Shown here piece by piece: positions 29,446-41,547 of a stretch of DNA of 64,000 bases. The notes beneath the pieces were generated by a model. That model was not told where the DNA came from, searched no databases, and saw nothing but the letters and a program-made list of their open reading frames with translations. Source of the stretch: Candidatus Adlerbacteria bacterium (GTDB taxonomy: Bacteria; Patescibacteriota; Minisyncoccia; Phycocordibacterales; SBAW01); the NCBI GenBank assembly GCA_903884345.1, contig CAISEE010000046.1, positions 3,830 to 67,829 on the forward strand, written 5' to 3'. Positions within the stretch are counted from its first letter, which is position 1, and each line of letters begins with the position of its first letter. Position numbers and translations under genes: made by a program.

Positions 29446-30468
29446 ATGTTGTACCGCCTCATTCTTCGCCCCATCCTCTTCTTGTTCGATGCGGAATGGG
29501 TGCACGACATGACGATCGCGCTCTGCGGCTGGCTCCAAAAAAGTCCCGGTGCGCTCCGCGTTCTTTCGTGGTACTTCCACCCCGTCTATGCACCGGTTGA
29601 GGTTATGGGAATCACATTGCCCAACCGAGTCATGCTCGCCGCCGGGTTCGACAAGGCCGGTAAGATTGCAAACATCATGCAAGCGCTTGGGCTTGGTAGT
29701 GGAGTCGTCGGGTCGGTACCACTGCGTGCCCAGCCCGGGAATCCAAAACCGCGACTGAAGCGCGTACCCAGACGGGACGATCTGCTCAATCACATGGGCT
29801 GCAACTCACCGGGCGCCTTTGCGGTGCGAGATAACCTCGAGGAAGCGAGACGAGGCGGGAGCATTCCCGTCGGCATCTCACTGACATGTAACACCGATAC
29901 CTTGCACGGGCAGGAGGCGACGAATCTGCTTGAGTCGCTCCGGATTCTCTATCTTCTGGGCGACTTCTTCGAAGTAAACATCAGTTGCCGCAACACGCCG
30001 GCGCACCGCTACCTGCAAAATCCGTTAGTTATTGAAAAGGTTTTGCGGGCGCTCGTCGAGCGTGAAAAGGAACTTGCTCACCGACACGGCGTGCAACATA
30101 AGCCCATCTTGCTCAAGCTCGCACCCGACCTTAGCGATGAGCAATTGCTCGATTGCGTTGAGGCGGCTGTACGCGCCGACATCGACGGAGTGGTACTGGG
30201 CAACACGTCGAAGAACCCCCACAGCGTCGACGCGGTGGGCGCACTAAGCGGGCACAGTCTCTTCGACCGCATGCTTGAGATGGTGCGCCTGGTCCACACA
30301 ACGTACCCGACACTCACGATCATTGCGTGCGGTGGCATCGACTCACCCGAGCGGGCAGAGCTGGCACTAGCTGCAGGCGCCGCCCTGGTGCAAATCTTCA
30401 CCGCGCTCGTGTACAAAGGCCCCGGCATCATCCGTCGCATCGCCCATCGCCTTGCACACTATCGCTAA
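29446..30468 (+). CDS. pyrD: Dihydroorotate dehydrogenase (quinone), class 2
   Basis: Class-2 N-terminal extension, conserved Ser-type catalytic region, C-terminal IIACGGI motif. Confidence 0.85.
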   Translation: MLYRLILRPILFLFDAEWVHDMTIALCGWLQKSPGALRVLSWYFHPVYAPVEVMGITLPNRVMLAAGFDKAGKIANIMQALGLGSGVVGSVPLRAQPGNPKPRLKRVPRRDDLLNHMGCNSPGAFAVRDNLEEARRGGSIPVGISLTCNTDTLHGQEATNLLESLRILYLLGDFFEVNISCRNTPAHRYLQNPLVIEKVLRALVEREKELAHRHGVQHKPILLKLAPDLSDEQLLDCVEAAVRADIDGVVLGNTSKNPHSVDAVGALSGHSLFDRMLEMVRLVHTTYPTLTIIACGGIDSPERAELALAAGAALVQIFTALVYKGPGIIRRIAHRLAHYR

Positions 30469-30530
30469 CGCGAAACCGCCGCTCCCTTCAACAAGGAGCG
30501 GCGGTCCTTCTTTTTCGTACAGACGAGCAA

Positions 30531-32480
<1,950 letters not shown>

Positions 32481-32564
32481 GAGAGTTACATAGTACCATT
32501 TTGACAAGTTCAGGACAAAAAAAGGCCGTTGCGGTATTGTACAGGTACGCAGTATATAAATAGT

Positions 32565-33008
32565 ATGAATTTGATCGAACACAAAAAGGCGCACCTCAAC
32601 TTCGAGCTCATCAAAGAGTTCGAGGCCGGGATCGAACTCTTGGGCCACGAGGTCAAAACCCTGCGCAGTCGCCACGGCAAGATCGAGGGCGCACACGTCA
32701 TCGTCCGCGGTGGCGAAGCCTTTTTGGTGGGCGCGTCGCTCCCACCCTACCAGCAGACCAACACCCCCGGCGACTACGACCCCGACCGCACGCGTCGCCT
32801 CTTGCTGACCAAGCAGGAGCTGGCTGAGTTGGCCGAATATGAACAGCAGAAGGGCTTGACAATCATCCCTATTTCTGTCTATAATAAAGGTGCGAAGTTG
32901 AAGGTACGCATCGCGGTCGCCCGCGGTCGTAAGAAGTTCGATAAGCGCGCGGTCCTCAAAGAACGCGATGTGAAACGAGAGATCGACCGCACCTTGAAAA
33001 ATCAATAA
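32565..33008 (+). CDS. smpB: SsrA-binding protein SmpB
   Basis: AHLNFELIKEFEAGIELLGHEVKTLRSRHGKIEGAHV...DPDRTRRLLLTKQELAEL. Confidence 0.9.
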   Translation: MNLIEHKKAHLNFELIKEFEAGIELLGHEVKTLRSRHGKIEGAHVIVRGGEAFLVGASLPPYQQTNTPGDYDPDRTRRLLLTKQELAELAEYEQQKGLTIIPISVYNKGAKLKVRIAVARGRKKFDKRAVLKERDVKREIDRTLKNQ

Positions 33009-33399
33009 CTGAATGAGTGTTCGAAAGTGGTTCAAAAAAACCACGCTCTAGCCCGGCATTACTCGGGCAGAGAATTTGACGAGTATTTGACATGAGTTCG
33101 ACACCGCGTACCAATGACTGCTCGGTAACTCCTCGTACCGAGACTGACGTCCTCTTGTGGACGGAAGCCTTCCTCGCCCTTGGGGTGCCCGCCGTCACCG
33201 CTGTGGTGATTCGCGCACAGGCCGGACGCTTCGGCATCCTGACCGTGATGGAGGAGGACAAACACCGAGGTCTATCCGTGATCCACTAAGCAGCCCCGGC
33301 GCACCGGCATGTACTCCTTACATCGCCGGTCGCCACCACTTTCGAGCACTCAGTCGCTGGCATTCATTTTGAGCGAATATCTTTCGATGTTCTTTCAGA

Positions 33400-33780
33400 G
33401 GGGATGCCAGGCATAGACAATGGGACAGTTCGTCGGATGCGCGAAGTAGAAGACCAGATCTTCTTAAAAAGCTGGAAAACCTACCTGCAGCCAAAACTGC
33501 ATCGCCGTATTTCGCGGCGAACGACTTCCAGTTCGCGCTCGCGCGAGCCTAACGTCGCACTCTCTCCTTCTCGCCTGAGGCTGGAGACCGGGTGTTATAT
33601 ATCAGGACTATAGTCGCGAATCGTCCGCCTTGCGACGCGACCGAACATTAGAGGCTGCAATCGACGCTAGTTTCGTTCGCTTCATATAGCGTCGGTTAAA
33701 GAAACAAAAAAGCGCGACTACACTCCGTAGAAGCTCCGATAGCTCCCCGTTGCACGCGGGTTCAACTCCCGCCATCTCCA
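33400..33780 (+). ncRNA. ssrA: tmRNA (ssrA)
   Basis: 3' end ACGCGGGTTCAACTCCCGCCATCTCCA nearly identical to E. coli tmRNA 3' end. 5' GGGGATG pairs with CATCTCC including a G3:U pair. Internal tag-like frame GCG AAC GAC TTC CAG TTC GCG CTC GCG CGA GCC TAA (ANDFQFALARA*); adjacent to smpB. Confidence 0.8.
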
Positions 33781-33929
33781 CTCGACTCGCCTGCCTTTAT
33801 GGCAGACTCGCTCGTGGCAAGCCACCGATTCGGAATAGCCGACTTGGTGGCTTTTCACGTTGGCGAATCGAGTGTCCCGAGCGAAGTCGAGGGACTTGAT
33901 TTGAATACTAGGCGCGCGAAAATAGAGAC

Positions 33930-34197
33930 ATGTATTTCGTGTACATGATCAAGAATGCGGCAGACGAACTGTATGTTGGCGTAACCGAAAACCCGCAGCA
34001 CAGACTCGCCTACCACAACGAAAAAACGCGGCGCACAGTATACGAAACACTCCTCGACCTACGCTATCGTATTTTTGGAAGAGCACTCTTCCCTCTCCGA
34101 CGCGCGTCAGCGTGAAATACAAATCAAGAAATGGCGGCGAGAAAAGAAAGAGGCGCTTATTGTTAGGTACGCAGCAGGTCTTGAAACTCGACAATAA
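33930..34197 (+). pseudogene. GIY-YIG nuclease superfamily protein (YhbQ/UPF0213-like), frameshifted in an A6 run
   Basis: Frame 0 MYFVYMIKNAADELYVGVTENPQHRLAYHNEK, then +1 frame RGAQYTKHSSTYAIVFLEEHSSLSDARQREIQIKKWRREKKEALI*. Frames join if A6 at 34021..34026 were A5. Confidence 0.7.
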
Positions 34198-34458
34198 AGA
34201 AGCCCGCGGTTCCGATCACGCATTCGCCAAGAAACATTTGTTATAAACGAAACGGTTTGCGTGAAAAAAGTAGAAGTTGTATTCTTACCCATGGGTGGAC
34301 GGGGCAAGATCGCTACGACTCCTCGGAGTTTAAACATATAGCGCACTTCGTCCACCCACCTCGACGTGCCACCCGGCGCGTCGATTTTTTGTATTAGGTC
34401 GCTCGTACATTGACTTTGTGTGCTGTATATGCTATAATAACAATAGTAGGAGGTTCAC

Positions 34459-34863
34459 ATGGACTTTGAACTGGAGAACGTCGGCATCGGCCGTCATCCG
34501 CGATACATTATGACGATCGAGACCAAACGGTTTGGTCGGCATCGCTGGCAGCTCGACGACCTGGTGCCGCGGACTTTGATGAAGCAGGTATGCAACGGCT
34601 CGCACGCGATGTGGTGGCAAGATTCCGACGAGCATTTTTCAATCGAGGTGCCGAGCGAAGACGTCGCGCAGTTGCTCGCCGACGCCATCGAGTCATGGCT
34701 TGAGGCCCAGGTTGTTGCGGACGCGGAGTTCGACGCATCCGTGAAAGCGGCGCAGGAAGCGGAGGACGCACAATCGCATCAAACTTCATTGCGCAAACAC
34801 GTCTATGCCGCTCTCGCGGTAACGGCGTGCATCATCGCAGTATTTGCGCTGATTGTTTGGTGA
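34459..34863 (+). CDS. Hypothetical protein with C-terminal TM anchor
   Basis: Strong SD AGGAGG 5 nt upstream of ATG; acidic helical domain; C-terminal VYAALAVTACIIAVFALIVW. Confidence 0.6.
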   Translation: MDFELENVGIGRHPRYIMTIETKRFGRHRWQLDDLVPRTLMKQVCNGSHAMWWQDSDEHFSIEVPSEDVAQLLADAIESWLEAQVVADAEFDASVKAAQEAEDAQSHQTSLRKHVYAALAVTACIIAVFALIVW

Positions 34864-34942
34864 CGAATGTGGCAGACGCCGCGAAAGGGTTGGCACGAAT
34901 GACTTACCTCATTTCGGGCCAACCTTTTTTTATTCCCCGCCA

Positions 34943-35368
34943 CTACTCCCGTACGAAGTGGGTGGTCTCGTGGTAGGCGTCGTAATTTACCGTGAGCTCT
35001 TCGCCCGCTTTGATGTCGCGCAGCGCGACGAAAGTCTCGCCCCGGTCGTGCGTCACCATGTTGGGAGTCTTCGAGTGATTCAAAAAGTAATTTTTGGTAA
35101 GCGCGTCCATGCCGTAGCTGGGGACGTGGTAGACGCCATCTTGAAGTGCGCAGAAGTCGCGCACCAACTCTTTTGCCGCCTCGTCGCATGGGTACAAGTC
35201 GAGCTCCTCTTTTTTTATCTTGAGTAACGTGCCAAACGGGTCGGCATGTTCAAGCGGGTCGGTGCCCTGGGGTATGGTGCGGATGGCGACGAGCCCCACG
35301 CCGTGTGTCGTGACCCCGAGGCGGCAATAAATTTTCGTGAGTGATTCGAGGAATTCCTTCTTGCGCAT
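34943..35368 (-). CDS. SET-domain protein (putative protein-lysine methyltransferase)
   Basis: FLNHSKTPN (NHSxxPN) and RDIKAGEELTVNYD SET core motifs; 141 aa. Confidence 0.75.
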   Translation of the reverse strand: MRKKEFLESLTKIYCRLGVTTHGVGLVAIRTIPQGTDPLEHADPFGTLLKIKKEELDLYPCDEAAKELVRDFCALQDGVYHVPSYGMDALTKNYFLNHSKTPNMVTHDRGETFVALRDIKAGEELTVNYDAYHETTHFVRE

Positions 35369-35404
35369 GAAACTCTACTCTACCCCACCCACGGCCCCGC
35401 TACC

Positions 35405-35441
35405 AGATAGAAAAATCCCGGGGCCTGGTGGGGCCCCGGGA
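35405..35441 (-). terminator. Rho-independent terminator
   Basis: On the minus strand: TCCCGGGGCC-ccacca-GGCCCCGGGA followed by TTTTTCTATC. Confidence 0.7.
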
Positions 35442-35460
35442 CTAACGAACGAGCTCTGCG

Positions 35461-35595
35461 CTACTCGTTCGTCATGCCTTTCGTCACGAACGCATCGAAT
35501 TGATCGATCGAAAACTTGCCGAGAGTTCGCAGAGCACGTCCGCAACGGGACGCGATCGCAACAGACCGGTAGCACAACTTCTTCAACGTCAGCAT
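35461..35595 (-). CDS. Candidate small protein (44 aa), not in ORF track
   Basis: MLTLKKLCYRSVAIASRCGRALRTLGKFSIDQFDAFVTKGMTNE; AAGGAT SD-like 8 nt upstream; strong terminator directly downstream. Confidence 0.3.
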   Translation of the reverse strand: MLTLKKLCYRSVAIASRCGRALRTLGKFSIDQFDAFVTKGMTNE

Positions 35596-36161
35596 GGTGG
35601 AAATCCTTTCCAAAAGAGCCTGTCACCATGACAGACTCGTGAATGCCAACCGCAATACTACACTCATTGTTTACAGTACGTCAATAGCCCCACATAATTG
35701 ACAAACATGAAGATACGGTGTATTTATGACAGCGGAAGTTCACCAATATGTGTGTTTCGCGTGAATCCATCGAAAACTGGGATACGGTAGACATAATGTG
35801 CACAACAACGACCTACTTGCACCTCATCGCTCAAGACTCACCGAGTGATGTGCGACCGAAGAAAACTCCGAACACAGGACGAAAACAGAAACAGCTCGCG
35901 AAAACGAGAACTTATTGGCTCGAAGGAACCACGGTCGTACGTACGACCTCGAGAATATCGACCTCGTCGGTATTCATGCGCGGGTGTTCCCTTTGAAACC
36001 GCCGATTTCGCTGGCCTGCTCTGCGCCGGCATGCACATGCAGAAACAGGAAATTGCTTGCGATGGACAAGCTCAATCCTGATGAGACGAGACTGTTCTTG
36101 ATTGCCGTCGAGCACGCAATACGAGTGCGCGACGCGCAGAAAGCCGCCGCCTGATTACCGG

Positions 36162-36194
36162 CCGCCCCACACTCTGGGGCGGTCTACTTTTTTA
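36162..36194 (+). terminator. Rho-independent terminator ending a probable noncoding transcript
   Basis: CCGCCCCA-cactc-TGGGGCGG followed by TCTACTTTTTTA. Confidence 0.7.
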
Positions 36195-36249
36195 TACCCA
36201 CTCCCCTTTCACCTCGTACACACGCGTGCTCGTGTATCCTTTGACGCCT

Positions 36250-36447
36250 ATGATGGAACTACAAAAGATGCAGAATCTGCTGGGGACGCTCAAGTACCCG
36301 CTGACCAAAGAGCAACTCCTGCAGGAGATTACCAACCATGGACTCTTGGAGTCGCTCCCACTCGTAAACAGCCTGCCCGATCAGCCGTTTACCAATGCGA
36401 ACGACATCCTATCCAAATTGAAAGACACAATGGGAGAGATGCATTAA
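36250..36447 (+). CDS. DUF2795-like small protein
   Basis: MMELQKMQNLLGTLKYPLTKEQLLQEITNHG...LPDQPFTNANDILSKL resembles DUF2795 layout. The track ORF starts at GTG 36226. Confidence 0.55.
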   Translation: MMELQKMQNLLGTLKYPLTKEQLLQEITNHGLLESLPLVNSLPDQPFTNANDILSKLKDTMGEMH

Positions 36448-36592
36448 CCTCAATATCACGGGAGGCGTGGCATAACAAACCTTGGGTAGTTCTGCACCCA
36501 CGGTTCGCGAAGCGGCTCGGCAAGACGCGGCGTCGCGGCGACATGACAATAAAAAATGGTACGGTAAAACAAACGTAAGGGACAGTGTGGCG

Positions 36593-37438
36593 ATGTCGAA
36601 ATGGCTCACCGTTGATGTCGGGGAAGACGACGTCTCGATAAACGGCAACCCTATCAACTACAACGAGGAGATACAGTGCGGGTTCGGATTCGTCATATTC
36701 AGTCGGCGAAGCGGTGCTTTGGAGGTGACGAGGTATTCACGTGCGGGAAACGAAAAGTACCGCACCGAACTGCGCCGTCGCGGGAAGTGGCGAATCGGTT
36801 CGGATTGCGCGTACCGCATGATTTTGCCGCAGGAGGAATCAAACCTGGTGCGGCGACTCATTCGTCTGTCGTGCCTACCAATGGCGATACTCCACCCCCA
36901 CGAGTTCGGCGAGGAGGTGGTTCTTCACACGATGGACGTGGACAAGCGGCGGAGGCTGCTCGTCGACACTGACGAGTACATCCAGGGCCCCTATGCGGGC
37001 CCGTGGCCGGTCACTCTGTCGACGGCAAGCTACGCCATCGTGTCCGAACACTTCGACCGAGACGGCGCGAACACACGACCCCGCATAAGCGCCGTCCATG
37101 TGTGGGGAGAACCGAACACCACAATCATGAGAAGCATCATCGCAAAGCACCTCTTCGGTGAGGTGGCCAACCACGAGTACCTATGGGTCGCACACAACGA
37201 CTCTAACCGTCCCGAGGCCGAGGCCTGGGTCGCGCGATGGTTCGCGTTCGGCTCGGTGTCGAGCGACCCTCCCACGCGGCGCTTCATGACGATCAACGGG
37301 CAGATCGTCGCCGAGCATCAAAAACATCCGGACTGGATTCGGCGCGGACCCTTCCGCCTGCTCTCTGACCTTAACCGACGATATCCGGGGATTTTGCCCC
37401 ACGAGTTCGACACACCGAAAGGATACCGCAGACGATAA
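36593..37438 (+). CDS. Hypothetical protein (orphan)
   Basis: 282 aa from MSKWLTVDV; no recognisable motifs. Confidence 0.5.
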   Translation: MSKWLTVDVGEDDVSINGNPINYNEEIQCGFGFVIFSRRSGALEVTRYSRAGNEKYRTELRRRGKWRIGSDCAYRMILPQEESNLVRRLIRLSCLPMAILHPHEFGEEVVLHTMDVDKRRRLLVDTDEYIQGPYAGPWPVTLSTASYAIVSEHFDRDGANTRPRISAVHVWGEPNTTIMRSIIAKHLFGEVANHEYLWVAHNDSNRPEAEAWVARWFAFGSVSSDPPTRRFMTINGQIVAEHQKHPDWIRRGPFRLLSDLNRRYPGILPHEFDTPKGYRRR

Positions 37439-37521
37439 CCACTACGTTCATTCGCATATGTGCAACCGAAGCTTCGCGCGGCCTTCCGTGCGGAGCTTCT
37501 CTCGACTATACTTATCGCTGT

Positions 37522-38007
37522 ATGCAACTCTACCGGTGTAGCCCCATCGACAGCGAGGCAGGTTTGCGCGAGGCAATCGCCTACGTCGCCGACGCCTCAT
37601 CGCAGCTGTGCAAAAAAGTCACCGGCGAAGTTTTGCCCATCACGTCCCTCACCGTCTTTTCGCACTACCCAGCTGAGTTCGACTTTTTGAAATCGCTCCT
37701 GCCCACACTTGGCACCCTGGTCGGCGGCATCTTTGGCCCCCGCATCGTTTTAAACGAGCCGATTGTGGCTGGCCCGCACACCATCACCCACCTGCGCATC
37801 CGCGAGCCCGACCCCTACCGCGCACACGTCGGCAGCAACGACTACGACATCCCCGACTACACCGCGTTTAAAGAAACGTATCTTGCCGCGCATCCCGAGA
37901 ACCTGCGCATCATCCCGCGCGAGGGGTACGAATTGCTCGAGTTCTTCGACCCCGATTTCGACGTATTAGGCTACGTCCTCTCGGACCCGGCACGGTCGAA
38001 GAAATAG
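37522..38007 (+). CDS. Hypothetical protein (orphan)
   Basis: 161-aa ORF; no recognisable family. Confidence 0.5.
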   Translation: MQLYRCSPIDSEAGLREAIAYVADASSQLCKKVTGEVLPITSLTVFSHYPAEFDFLKSLLPTLGTLVGGIFGPRIVLNEPIVAGPHTITHLRIREPDPYRAHVGSNDYDIPDYTAFKETYLAAHPENLRIIPREGYELLEFFDPDFDVLGYVLSDPARSKK

Positions 38008-38084
38008 TCACGAGGAGCGTTTGACAAATCGCATGTTTGGTGTATAGTCAGTAGCAGCCGCACACCAAATGAAAGAGGCAACGG

Positions 38085-38285
38085 ATGTCGATTTTCGTAA
38101 CCGACCAACAAGAGATTGATGCTGAAGACCCGAACGAGTACAACAACGCGCGCGGAGGCGACGCGCTGGCGAGCCTCGTGCTGTTTATGCTCTGCATCAT
38201 CGGGGGACTCTATTTCCTCGGGATGGGCATCATCTCGCTGTGTGAGCAGATGACGCCCGCGCTCTCGGTACTCAACGTGATATAA
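38085..38285 (+). CDS. Small membrane protein (66 aa)
   Basis: AAGAGG SD 5 nt upstream; one TM; followed by a terminator at ~38340..38382. Confidence 0.45.
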   Translation: MSIFVTDQQEIDAEDPNEYNNARGGDALASLVLFMLCIIGGLYFLGMGIISLCEQMTPALSVLNVI

Positions 38286-38339
38286 TGACTAAACGATCAC
38301 GGGCCCGTCCCTCCCCCGGACACAAACCTGTGGCAGAAC

Positions 38340-38382
38340 AAACTCGGCGGCGCCCTTCGGGATGCCGCCTTTTTCTTTTTGT
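38340..38382 (+). terminator. Rho-independent terminator
   Basis: GGCGGCGCCC-ttcg-GGATGCCGCC followed by TTTTTCTTTTTG. Confidence 0.6.
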
Positions 38383-38476
38383 CGGCACAATGTTGACAGA
38401 AACGTATAATACGTGTCTTGTAAAAAATAGGTTCGCCGTCACGGAAAGCCGCAAAGTCTTCGAAAAGGTTCACACG

Positions 38477-38722
38477 ATGACATTCACTATTGCGTTGATA
38501 GTCCTCTTCGCAGCAGGCGTACTCTGCGCGAAGTTAAACTCCCGCGGTAACTATACGCTGAAAGAATCCGCGAGAACATGGATTCTTCCGCTGCTCCTCG
38601 GCATTGTATTCGGTATTGTGTATGGTTGGGCCTGGTCGCTGTTGGGCGCCGTCGTCCTCTTCGCTGGCTACGCCTCGTACTATATATTCATCGTTTGGCT
38701 GCTCCAAACGACACCCGAATAA
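38477..38722 (+). CDS. Small membrane protein (81 aa)
   Basis: AAAGG SD; starts MTFTIALIVLFAAG; two TM helices. Upstream TTGACA and TATAAT hexamers at ~38388..38405. Confidence 0.5.
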   Translation: MTFTIALIVLFAAGVLCAKLNSRGNYTLKESARTWILPLLLGIVFGIVYGWAWSLLGAVVLFAGYASYYIFIVWLLQTTPE

Positions 38723-38731
38723 TGCTCGACC

Positions 38732-38768
38732 CGGCGGCGCCTAACAAGCGCCGCCGATTACTTTTTTT
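38732..38768 (+). terminator. Rho-independent terminator
   Basis: CGGCGGCGC-ctaacaa-GCGCCGCCG followed by ATTACTTTTTTTA. Confidence 0.75.
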
Positions 38769-39606
38769 ACTGTGCGTTCGCGTACGCCTCGAACCCGTGC
38801 ATCAATTTTTTCGTCACCTCGCCGACCGCGCCGGTGCCGATTTTTGTATCATCTATTTGAACGACGGGCACGATGTCTTTGAAGCTTGAGGTAAGAAAGG
38901 CTTCGTCGGCCTGGAGCATCTCGTCGACCGAGACGGGGCGCTCCTCGACCGTACCTGCCGCACGCGCCACTTCAAGCGCTACTTTGCGGGTGATGCCTTC
39001 GAGGATGCCGATGTTTGGCGTGATGACAATGCCGTCTTTGACGATGAAGAAGTTGCTGGTGGCGCACTCGTAGACCCCGCCGTCGTGGACGTAGAGGATT
39101 TCGAGCGCCTGCTTTTCTTTGCGCTGCCCCTGGAGCAACACCGCCTCGATGTAGTTGACGGTCTTGTAGCGCGGGAACTGTCGCTCGAACTCGGCGGTGA
39201 TGAGCGAGCAGCCGTCGGTAAAGTTACTCGCCTCGATCGGCTTAAACTCCTCGCACAATATATAGAAGGTGGGCGTGCCTCGGTCGTACTCGATGCCCGC
39301 CTGCGCCGTGCCGCCCGTCAGAATAATGCGGAAGATCGACTCTTTGAATCCGTTCTTGGCATGGAGGTCCTCAAGAATTTGCCCGAACACCTCGTCGGTG
39401 ACGGGAATTGTGAGCTGCATCTCCCGGGCCGACATGCGAAAGCGCGCCGTGTGATCGGCCAGACGGAAGGGTTTGCCGTTTTTGGTCGCCAGCGCCTCGT
39501 AGATGCCAAAGCCGCGCAAGAGACCGATATCGCACACCGAAACCTTCGCCTCCGAAACCGGGATAATGTCGCCGTTGAGATAGCAGTACGTAGTCATGGG
39601 GTTCAT
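38767..39606 (-). CDS. Class IV aminotransferase (branched-chain amino acid / D-amino acid aminotransferase family)
   Basis: Fold-type IV motifs: FGxYE-like GFGIYEAL, catalytic Lys region YKTVNYIE, EGITR, AFLTSS. Possible start at 39597. Confidence 0.85.
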   Translation of the reverse strand: MNPMTTYCYLNGDIIPVSEAKVSVCDIGLLRGFGIYEALATKNGKPFRLADHTARFRMSAREMQLTIPVTDEVFGQILEDLHAKNGFKESIFRIILTGGTAQAGIEYDRGTPTFYILCEEFKPIEASNFTDGCSLITAEFERQFPRYKTVNYIEAVLLQGQRKEKQALEILYVHDGGVYECATSNFFIVKDGIVITPNIGILEGITRKVALEVARAAGTVEERPVSVDEMLQADEAFLTSSFKDIVPVVQIDDTKIGTGAVGEVTKKLMHGFEAYANAQ

Positions 39607-39647
39607 ACTACCACCATCAAACCCACACTTCTATGCACCCTGCTGCA

Positions 39648-41468
<1,821 letters not shown>

Positions 41469-41547
41469 ACTAGTAACGTCGCCCCGCTGCTCCGCGGATT
41501 ATGTGGTTCATACCGTATTAACAAACACCAAGCCGGGTGAGTTTCAG

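Noticed and set aside
33059-33613. Several short ORFs (33059..33265, 33092..33289, 33157..33372, 33404..33613)
   Set aside because: They lie in the smpB-ssrA spacer or inside the tmRNA gene; the tmRNA assignment explains this region.
35840-35900. RNase P RNA-like ACAGAAAC/AAACUCC fragments in the AT-rich noncoding stretch
   Set aside because: The universally conserved GGAAAGUCCGG (P4) and other core elements are absent, and the region is too short. It is retained only as a generic ncRNA candidate.
38388-38405. TTGACA and TATAAT hexamers upstream of the small membrane protein gene
   Set aside because: Both hexamers are consensus but the spacing is only 6 nt, so they cannot form one sigma-70 promoter. 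TATAAT may function alone with a different -35; left unannotated.
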